Of a DNA stretch of 45,499 nucleotides, positions 36,445 to 45,499 are shown piece by piece. Each line of letters opens with the position of its first letter. Within the stretch, counting starts at the first letter, position 1. The notes under the pieces were generated by a model. That model had not been told where the DNA came from. It ran no database searches and saw only the letters and a program-made list of their open reading frames with translations. Source of the DNA: an uncultured Thermoplasmatales archaeon (lineage in GTDB: Archaea; Thermoplasmatota; E2; DHVEG-1); NCBI GenBank assembly GCA_964526175.1, contig CAZGIV010000002.1:1-45499 (forward strand), read 5' to 3'. The position numbers and the translations under genes were made by a program.

Positions 36445-38169
36445 TTATTCTTTCTTTTTCTTTTCTTTGATATTGTTTACAGTAGGTATATTCGCTGGTG
36501 ATTTTTCTTCAAATAACTGTTCATTGGCTGTGATTTCCATAAGACCAGCCATGATGAGGATGATGCCAGCAAATAGCAGAAGATACGCACCGATTCCAAA
36601 GCCCCATTGGAGCTCGATAGATCCTCCTTCAACTCCTGTGGTTTGAAGGTTATATTGTCCGCTGAAGGGTGCGGCAGAGACGGCACGCATCGCATCGATC
36701 ATATCTGTATTTCCTTCAATGTTGGGTGGAGCGATAGCTGGAATGATTGAGGCGACCGCTACAATGAAAATTAAAATAAGAATGAAGGGGATAAGGAGAC
36801 GTATTCCGCGGAGAACATATTTTTTCCCTAGTTTTTTACTCTGCGAAATTCCAATGGTTGATAGGACAAGAAATACAAGGCTAATACCGATGATAAGGTA
36901 GAAGGGTAACGCAAATGTTCCAAGAGGAACTGGTCCGCTTCGATTCGGAAGTCGTATCTGAATTCCGTTGATGCCATCGACAGAGAGTGCATTAAACGTA
37001 CCTGTTTGTTGGTAGGATGGAACGGTGACGTTAGCAGTGACGGTGTACCATGGAGCGAACAACGCAAGAGCAGTCATGATGATAACAACAATGCAAAGGA
37101 TATTGCCAATGCTTTTTTGGTTTGAACCATTTATGTAAAAAAGCGAAAAGATCCGGGGCCCAAGCCCGTATTTTTTCTTTCGTCGATAGATGAAATAAAT
37201 CAAAAGGAGAAGAGAAAGAAGGGTAACAAGGGCAAACAACATCACGAAGTTATAGACAAGCCATTCAAGGAGGAAGAGGATGTCGTTTGCTGGTTGAAGT
37301 CCGGTGGCCCATACTTGTGGTTGCCACATGGTACCAGTTTCTCTAAACATAGGTCCATTTGGTCCTGCTTCTCCGAGAATTGCTGCTTCGTCTGCTGCTG
37401 ATTGGTTTGCTCCAGCCCAACCCCAATGTCCACCGAAGGCTAACCAGGGTTGAGTATCTAAAACATCGATAGTGTATTCTGTCGGTCGTAAGACTTTACC
37501 ATTATCACCAACAGTATCGCTTGCTAAGCCGATTTTACCGGAGTACGATTTGATGTAGTTCGCATGGCTTCCTTTTGCCACATAGACTTTGACATGATCT
37601 CCATCTTTTTCGACTTGACTCCATGTTGCTTTTTGACCGGCATAATGTTGACTGAACATGACCTCCGTTGGTTGTCCATTGGTGAGAGCAACCTGGATCA
37701 TTTCCCAGTCGCCTTCATGACGGTTCAGGTCACCTCCATTAAATGCGTAGAAAAACCAGTATTGTATGATGTTGTTTGATGTGTCAACATGAGCATACAC
37801 TTTATACCCAAGGGCTGCCATCTTGCTCTGATAGTCATTCTCGATACCATTGTCACCTACTGCGACAGTCCCTCGTTGATTATCAAGATAATAGCTATCA
37901 GAGGTATAGCTACTAAGTAAATCAGCTGTCGGTGATGTCGACAATGGTGTTGGGTTGCCAATTTCAAATAAATACGAGTTTTCAAGAGCATACGTAACAT
38001 TAACAGGATAACATTTTTCGTCATTTACAAAATAGAGAATTGGAGCATATTGGTCTGCGAGATCCTGATCAGCTGCGGTGCCAATTTGAACTAAGAGTGT
38101 TCCTCCTAGTAATAGGCTTACACATACGATACTTATTACTCTTTTTTTGTTCATAAACCTCCACCACAT
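36445..38169 (-). CDS. Membrane protein with an N-terminal Vps62/DUF946-like extracytoplasmic domain and a multi-TM C-terminal half
   Basis: 574 aa with a signal-like N-terminus. Motifs are YAPILYFVNDEKCYPV, IIQYWFFYAFNGGDLNRHEGDWEMIQV and VYVAKGSHANY. At least 5 hydrophobic segments and a Lys-rich end follow. Confidence 0.5.
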   Translation of the reverse strand: MWWRFMNKKRVISIVCVSLLLGGTLLVQIGTAADQDLADQYAPILYFVNDEKCYPVNVTYALENSYLFEIGNPTPLSTSPTADLLSSYTSDSYYLDNQRGTVAVGDNGIENDYQSKMAALGYKVYAHVDTSNNIIQYWFFYAFNGGDLNRHEGDWEMIQVALTNGQPTEVMFSQHYAGQKATWSQVEKDGDHVKVYVAKGSHANYIKSYSGKIGLASDTVGDNGKVLRPTEYTIDVLDTQPWLAFGGHWGWAGANQSAADEAAILGEAGPNGPMFRETGTMWQPQVWATGLQPANDILFLLEWLVYNFVMLFALVTLLSLLLLIYFIYRRKKKYGLGPRIFSLFYINGSNQKSIGNILCIVVIIMTALALFAPWYTVTANVTVPSYQQTGTFNALSVDGINGIQIRLPNRSGPVPLGTFALPFYLIIGISLVFLVLSTIGISQSKKLGKKYVLRGIRLLIPFILILIFIVAVASIIPAIAPPNIEGNTDMIDAMRAVSAAPFSGQYNLQTTGVEGGSIELQWGFGIGAYLLLFAGIILIMAGLMEITANEQLFEEKSPANIPTVNNIKEKKKKE

Positions 38170-38443
38170 GGGGGATAGCTTCGTTGTTATTTAATGCTTC
38201 TTAAAAAATAGGTTAAAAGGTGTTGGATTCAAGATGTTTAAATACCTATTAATGTACTTTCACTTGTTAAGTACTATACTAAACATAATGATGTTTTGAC
38301 ATTTTCTTAGGAAAGATATGTTTTGAAATTATTAAGGTCCGCTCATTAGTAAGCTTTATTAGGGTTTACTCCATATGAGTCCCCCTGTAAAGCTACCCTA
38401 GGAAATGGGATACGAAACTCTTACATAAGACAACCGGAACTAG

Positions 38444-40384
<1,941 letters not shown>

Positions 40385-40395
40385 GGTGATGTGAG

Positions 40396-43300
40396 ATGGC
40401 TGAAATATCCAAGAAAAACGACAAACCACGTGATATCAACGAAGAGATGAAACGGGCGTTTATCGATTATTCGATGAGCGTCATCATGAGCCGAGCTCTC
40501 CCGGATATCCGGGATGGGTTAAAACCGGTACATCGACGGATCTTATACGCGATGAACGAAATGGGGATGGGCTATGAGAAAGCATATAAGAAATCCGCTA
40601 GAGTCGTCGGAGAAGTTCTCGGGAAGTACCATCCACATGGTGACCAAGCGGTGTACGATTCGTTGGTTCGAATGGCTCAGGATTTCTCCTTACGATATCC
40701 ATTGATTGCGGGTCAAGGTAATTTTGGTTCAGTCGATGGTGATAGCGCCGCAGCTATGAGATATTGTGTCACAGGCGATGCCATGGTCTTGACCGATCAA
40801 GGGATCGTAGACATTAAAGACATGGCCCCTGGCGAAGAGACAGAAATCAATGTACAAATTGTTAATTATCAGAATCAAAAAACCCATGCATCAAAATTTT
40901 TTAACTCGGGAAAACATCCCACCATATACCTGCAGACTCAACAAGGGTATGAATTAGAAGGATCGTATAATCATCCGGTAATAACCTGGGTCAATGACCA
41001 TGGCATTCCTCACCTGAAATGGAAAATGCTTTCTGAAATAACAAAAAATGATTATGTTGTGTTAAGTAGATCCTCTCATTGTTTCCCTGAAAAAAATATT
41101 TCGTTAAGAAAATATCATCCGTTGGTTAGTAAAAGAACGAAAATCTTTCAATTACCACAAACGATGAATGAGGAACTCGCGTTTCTCTTAGGTACACTGG
41201 TATCTGAAGGAAGTTTTCACCAGAAGCAAATACTGTTCAATAACCTCAATACAGAGTATTACAACAAAGTGAAAAAAGCAATTCTTCATCAGTTCCCAGA
41301 AATTAAACTCTACGAGCGTACATTACCAAAGTGTCACTGTGTTGAAGTAAGTATCTATTATAACCATGTCGTTGAATTTTTAAAGAATATTGGATTAACA
41401 CAAACTAGATCCGCGAAAAAGGAAATACCATTCACGGTTCTACAATCAACCCGTGGATGCATCGCAAGTTTCCTTAGCGGGTTATATGAAGGCGACGGCT
41501 CAGTATCATATAAGGTAGATAAACGACATGGCGGAAAATCCGTTGAGTTAACCTATCTATCAAATAGCAAAAAACTCATCCATCAACTGAAGACAGTATT
41601 GCTCAATTTTGGGATAATTACAACGCTACCCCATAAAGATAAACGAAACCCATGTTACAAGCTGATAATCTCAGATGTGAACAACATAAAAAAATTCCAG
41701 GAGAACATTGGTTTTTCCTGTTCAAAAAAACAAAAACGTTTAGCACAAGTTAACAGTTTGAACACAACACGCATGAATAAAAACGATTTTATTCCGTTCC
41801 TTGCAGATTATTTACGTACCAAATACAATGACCCATTGTTCCATCGATATAATTATGATCGGTATAATAATCTGCGGAGAAACTACAGTCTTCTGATGAA
41901 AAAACTTGATGCTGTTGATAGAAAACTTATCGACGATGTCCTTCATTATGAGTATTTCTTTAATCGAGTATACGAAATTACACCAACCTGCGAGGAAAAA
42001 ACAGTGTATTCTCTTCGAGTCGACAGCTCGTGTCATTCGTATATTGCGAATGGCTTTATCAACCATAATACAGAAACAAAAATGGCCAAGGTAACAAAGC
42101 TTATGCTTCAGGATATCGAGAAAGAAACCGTAGAGTGGCGTGATAATTTTGATGGTACCTTAAAAGAACCGGAGGTTCTTCCAGCAATTCTACCAAATCT
42201 TCTTGTGAACGGATCATCCGGTATCGCTGTTGGTATGGCCACGAACATGGCACCGCACAATCTCTCTGAGGTTATTGACGGCACCATCAGACTGATCGAT
42301 ACCCCTGAGTTATCAACCACTGAGCTGATGGAGACGATCAAAGGCCCGGATTTCCCAACCGGTGGAATTATCTATGGCAGAGGCGGGATTCTTTCTGCGT
42401 ACTCCACGGGACGAGGATCCTTAGTTGTTCGTGCAAAAACTTCCATCGAAGAAGGTGAACAGAAGAATCGAATTATTGTCCATGAACTCCCCTATCAAGT
42501 GAACAAATCAGTGTTGTTACAGACAATCGCTGAGCTTGTGAAAGAAAAGAAAATCGAGGGGATCTCTGATCTTCGTGATGAGAGTGACCGAAAAGGGATG
42601 CGGATTGTCATCGAGCTGAAACGTGATGCGATCGATGACGTGGTGTTGAACCAGTTGTTTGAGCGTACGGAACTGCAGTCCTCTTTTGGGGTGCTAAATC
42701 TTGCAATTGTCAAAGGTGAGCCAAAGGTATTGATGCTCAAAGAAATCCTTCAGTATTATATCGAATATCGAGTGGAAGTTATTACGCGGCGTACCACCTA
42801 TGATTTAAAGAAAGCACGAGAGAAAATGCATATTCTAGAAGGCCTGATGATCGCCCTGCGAAACATCGATGAGGTCATCAAAATCATCCGGCAGAGTAAG
42901 GAAGTGGAGGAAGCAAAAAATCGGTTGATGAAACGCTTTTCCCTCTCGGAGATCCAGGCAAAAGCGATTCTTGACATGCGATTACAGAGACTCACGGGCA
43001 TGGAAATAGAAGCAGTTGAAAAAGAATATGAGGAAACCAAAGAGCTCATTGAACAGCTTGAGACGCTCTTAGCTGATAAACAAAAGATTTTACTAGAAAT
43101 TAAACGAGAGCTCCTTGATATTAAGAACCGATTTGGCGACGCGCGTCGTACACAAATCATTGAAGGGGAAGTTGGTATCGACATCGAAGATCTTATCCCC
43201 CAACAGGAAGTCGTAGTAACAATTACTAAGGACGGGTACATTAAACGTATTCCGACAGAAACGTATCGGACGCAGCATCGTGGTGGAAAAGGATTAATCG

Positions 43301-44556
43301 GGGTTAGACCTAAAGAAGAGGATTTCGTGGTCAATACCTTTATCACATCCACGCATGACTATCTGATGTTTTTTACCAACCATGGGCGTGTCTACTGGCT
43401 GAAAGGCTACAAGATACCGGAAGGTGATCGATATGCGAAAGGCAAAGCCATCATTAACCTTCTCCCCAGACTTGAAGAAGGTGAAAAGATTGAAACCGCG
43501 GTGCCTATCCATGAGTTTGATGATAAACATTACCTGATTTTTACTACAAAAAAAGGAACCATTAAAAAAACTGTTTTATCCGCCTATGGGAACATCCGGG
43601 TGAACGGCATCATCGCCGTTAAACTGGAGGAAGGTGATGCGCTTATGGGCGTGGAATTATCTGATGGGACCAAGACAGTGATGATCGCGACCGCGGGTGG
43701 TCAAGCCTGCCGGTTTAACGAAAAAGAGTTACGACCAATGGGACGAGCAACACATGGTGTAATCGGGATTCGGTTGAAAAATAAGAACGACTCTGTTGTC
43801 GCCATGACCGTCGTTGAGATCACAGGATCCTTGTTCACCATCACAGAAAACGGGTTTGGGAAACGATCCCCCATTGACGAATACCGGATGACCCATCGAG
43901 GAAGCAAAGGAGTACGAACGATTGTGACGAATGAACGCAATGGAAAGGTTGTGTTCGTCAGCCAGGTGACCGATGAGTATGAACTTATCATTACGACAGA
44001 GCATGGAATGACCGTCCGTATCCCTGTGCGAGATATCAGGGAGCAGGGGAGAAACACCATGGGTGTCCGGATCATGCGACTCAATGAAGGAGATAAGGTT
44101 GTGTCCGTAACACAAGTCCTTGCTGAACCGCTTGAAGGAGAGGGACGAGATGAATCAATCGAGTCTCTGCCTATTGGCATCGCTGACGCTGAAGAAAAAC
44201 CAGCAGCAGAGGAAAGAGAAGAACTGTTCGTAAAACAAACAGAACCAAGACTTGCAGAAGAGCCTGCTCTGGGTCCACCAGAACCTATCAAGGCAGTGAA
44301 AAAAATCATTCCACCCAAGAAAGTAAAAAAAATCCTTACACCAAAGAAAATGACGATAACACAGACCAAGCTGAAGAAAAAGAAACCGAAAACAGTTGAA
44401 ATGAAGAAACAAATAAGACCGAAAAAACCAGTAAAAATAAGGAAATTGAAAGCAAAATCAGCGAAGAAACCGAAAAAAATAATCCGGAAACAAAAAAAAG
44501 CAAAAAAAGTAAAACAAAGACCATCCAAACTAAAAAAGGCAAGGAAACACCGATGA
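40396..44556 (+). CDS. gyrA: DNA gyrase subunit A, intein-containing, with a Lys-rich C-terminal extension
   Basis: 1386-aa ORF. Motifs are [18 protein letters not shown] and SAAAMRY (catalytic Tyr123), followed by the intein and then TETKM... The beta-pinwheel CTD repeats are present. The extein is 951 aa. Confidence 0.93.
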   Translation: MAEISKKNDKPRDINEEMKRAFIDYSMSVIMSRALPDIRDGLKPVHRRILYAMNEMGMGYEKAYKKSARVVGEVLGKYHPHGDQAVYDSLVRMAQDFSLRYPLIAGQGNFGSVDGDSAAAMRYCVTGDAMVLTDQGIVDIKDMAPGEETEINVQIVNYQNQKTHASKFFNSGKHPTIYLQTQQGYELEGSYNHPVITWVNDHGIPHLKWKMLSEITKNDYVVLSRSSHCFPEKNISLRKYHPLVSKRTKIFQLPQTMNEELAFLLGTLVSEGSFHQKQILFNNLNTEYYNKVKKAILHQFPEIKLYERTLPKCHCVEVSIYYNHVVEFLKNIGLTQTRSAKKEIPFTVLQSTRGCIASFLSGLYEGDGSVSYKVDKRHGGKSVELTYLSNSKKLIHQLKTVLLNFGIITTLPHKDKRNPCYKLIISDVNNIKKFQENIGFSCSKKQKRLAQVNSLNTTRMNKNDFIPFLADYLRTKYNDPLFHRYNYDRYNNLRRNYSLLMKKLDAVDRKLIDDVLHYEYFFNRVYEITPTCEEKTVYSLRVDSSCHSYIANGFINHNTETKMAKVTKLMLQDIEKETVEWRDNFDGTLKEPEVLPAILPNLLVNGSSGIAVGMATNMAPHNLSEVIDGTIRLIDTPELSTTELMETIKGPDFPTGGIIYGRGGILSAYSTGRGSLVVRAKTSIEEGEQKNRIIVHELPYQVNKSVLLQTIAELVKEKKIEGISDLRDESDRKGMRIVIELKRDAIDDVVLNQLFERTELQSSFGVLNLAIVKGEPKVLMLKEILQYYIEYRVEVITRRTTYDLKKAREKMHILEGLMIALRNIDEVIKIIRQSKEVEEAKNRLMKRFSLSEIQAKAILDMRLQRLTGMEIEAVEKEYEETKELIEQLETLLADKQKILLEIKRELLDIKNRFGDARRTQIIEGEVGIDIEDLIPQQEVVVTITKDGYIKRIPTETYRTQHRGGKGLIGVRPKEEDFVVNTFITSTHDYLMFFTNHGRVYWLKGYKIPEGDRYAKGKAIINLLPRLEEGEKIETAVPIHEFDDKHYLIFTTKKGTIKKTVLSAYGNIRVNGIIAVKLEEGDALMGVELSDGTKTVMIATAGGQACRFNEKELRPMGRATHGVIGIRLKNKNDSVVAMTVVEITGSLFTITENGFGKRSPIDEYRMTHRGSKGVRTIVTNERNGKVVFVSQVTDEYELIITTEHGMTVRIPVRDIREQGRNTMGVRIMRLNEGDKVVSVTQVLAEPLEGEGRDESIESLPIGIADAEEKPAAEEREELFVKQTEPRLAEEPALGPPEPIKAVKKIIPPKKVKKILTPKKMTITQTKLKKKKPKTVEMKKQIRPKKPVKIRKLKAKSAKKPKKIIRKQKKAKKVKQRPSKLKKARKHR
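40765..42069 (+). mobile_element. GyrA intein (435 aa) with LAGLIDADG homing-endonuclease domain
   Basis: It covers residues 124-558. It starts [10 protein letters not shown] (block A, Cys1) and has GSYNHPV (block B). LAGLIDADG motifs are [13 protein letters not shown] and [15 protein letters not shown]. It ends [22 protein letters not shown], followed by Thr+1. Confidence 0.9.
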
Positions 44557-44598
44557 AAAAACCTGGGACGAAGAAAAAACAGAAACGGAGAAAATAAC

Positions 44599-45499
44599 TT
44601 AGTCTGCCTTTTTCTTTTTCTTCGGACATTCAGAGTTGATGCACAAGTCCCAAGGACGTCGCCCTTTCATTTTAACTTGAACGATGGGGGTGTTACAGGC
44701 ATCGCATAGTTTCGTCGTCATCGTCAACCCACCTTGTTGAGGAAGTGAATAGGTATTCGTACAATCAGGGTATCCGGTGCAGCCGACAAATCGTTTCGCT
44801 TTCTTAGAAACCCGTACGACCATCGATTTACCACATTTCGGGCATGGCCCAATAGTGTTCTGTGCTTTGACTGCATTGTTGATGTTTTCCTTGATTTTTT
44901 CCTTCTCAGGTTCAAGTTCTTCCATAACCTTTGTAAGCATCAGTCGAGATTCTTTCACGGTTTCTTCCAGCGTCTTTTTCCCTTCTGCGATATCATTCAT
45001 ATCTGCTTCTAACACGGCAGTCATCTTTGGTTTAACAACATCACAGTTTGTCAGCGCATCGACGACTGCAATCGCAGTCGATGTCGGAACAGGCGTTCCC
45101 CCTGAGACATATTTACGACCATACAATTTGCTGATGATTTCATGACGAGTAGATTTCGTCCCCAGGGCGAGCTGCTCCATCTTGGCAATCAATGCTCCTT
45201 GAGTGTATCGTTGAGGCGGTTTTGTGGTCTCCTCCTTTACGGTAATTGCGACAACCTCAAGTCTTTCCCCTTCAACAAGCTCCGGAAGCGCCTTCTTTTT
45301 ATCTTTGAAGTACGGATAGAGCTGTTTCCAATTTGCCTCGATAAGCCGGTATCCACTTGTAATAAACTTCCCTCCAGAGATATCGAACCAAACATCGGTT
45401 GTTTCAGAAATTGCGTCTTTGGCAAGCGTTGCAAAAAACCTTCTGCAGATAAGCTCATAGATTTTACTTTGATCATTACCGAGGTTTTTTGACGGAGCA
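44599..45499 (-). CDS. topA: DNA topoisomerase, type IA (C-terminal part; the 5' end lies beyond the window)
   Basis: The minus-strand frame is open from the window edge: ...KIYELICRRFFATLAKDA...YTQGALIAKMEQLALGTKSTRHEII... C-terminal zinc ribbons follow (CPKCGKSMV...GCTGYPDC; CDACNTP...CINSECP). The TTG at 45192 used in the ORF track is internal. Confidence 0.85.
   Translation of the reverse strand, partial: APSKNLGNDQSKIYELICRRFFATLAKDAISETTDVWFDISGGKFITSGYRLIEANWKQLYPYFKDKKKALPELVEGERLEVVAITVKEETTKPPQRYTQGALIAKMEQLALGTKSTRHEIISKLYGRKYVSGGTPVPTSTAIAVVDALTNCDVVKPKMTAVLEADMNDIAEGKKTLEETVKESRLMLTKVMEELEPEKEKIKENINNAVKAQNTIGPCPKCGKSMVVRVSKKAKRFVGCTGYPDCTNTYSLPQQGGLTMTTKLCDACNTPIVQVKMKGRRPWDLCINSECPKKKKKAD

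Noticed and set aside
42798-44528. Long minus-strand ORFs (184 aa and 275 aa, plus several of 60-130 aa) lying inside gyrA.
   Set aside because: They are antisense shadow ORFs of a strongly supported gene. Their translations are low-complexity (Ser/Phe-rich mirror images of the Lys/Glu-rich GyrA sequence) and have no motifs.
44284-44553. Highly repetitive AAA/AAG-rich DNA, which could be taken for a tandem repeat or an array.
   Set aside because: It has no fixed repeat unit or spacer structure. It is in frame with gyrA and is explained as coding sequence for the Lys-rich tail.

Overview
This is an archaeal chromosomal segment, about 90% coding. Archaeal markers are EF-1alpha, ribosomal protein uS10, prefoldin beta, an archaeal-type TyrRS, a cis-prenyltransferase and an endonuclease Q-like PHP protein. 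It also carries bacterial-type DNA gyrase (gyrB and gyrA) and the 3' part of a type IA topoisomerase gene. I cannot assign a lineage from sequence alone. The secreted cysteine-peptidase genes would fit an uncultured protein-degrading sediment archaeon, but that is only a guess.

Main content from left to right:
- A translationally coupled nrdR-nrdD-nrdG operon (class III ribonucleotide reductase) on the minus strand. nrdD carries a 510-aa LAGLIDADG intein, and two NrdR boxes spaced 31 bp apart lie upstream of nrdR.
- Housekeeping genes: a ThiI-like PP-loop protein, cutA, purB, tyrS, pfdB and uppS.
- Surface or secreted proteins: a C25-like giant protein, a DUF362 protein, a 7-blade FG-GAP propeller, a caspase-like peptidase and a Vps62-like membrane protein.
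- Transporters: MFS, ABC-2 and MATE.
- A sugar-nucleotide cluster: two PMM/PGM paralogues plus a nucleotidyltransferase.
- Three tRNAs: Arg-TCT, Ser-TGA and Val-GAC.
- gyrA, with a 435-aa LAGLIDADG intein inserted directly after the catalytic Tyr and an unusual Lys-rich C-terminal tail.

The most interesting region is an A+T-rich islet of about 2.6 kb (21829-24490) abutting the 3' end of tRNA-Arg:
- It is bounded by a direct repeat of the tRNA 3' end, with inverted repeats just inside each end.
- It has no integrase.
- It carries a decayed DUF45 metallohydrolase gene.
- It also carries an uncharacterised, translationally coupled gene pair: a Panacea/DUF4065-like::DUF488 fusion followed by a 254-aa zinc-ribbon orphan. 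I flag this pair as a candidate novel toxin-antitoxin or defence-type module.

All family assignments come from motif recognition by eye. No searches were run.
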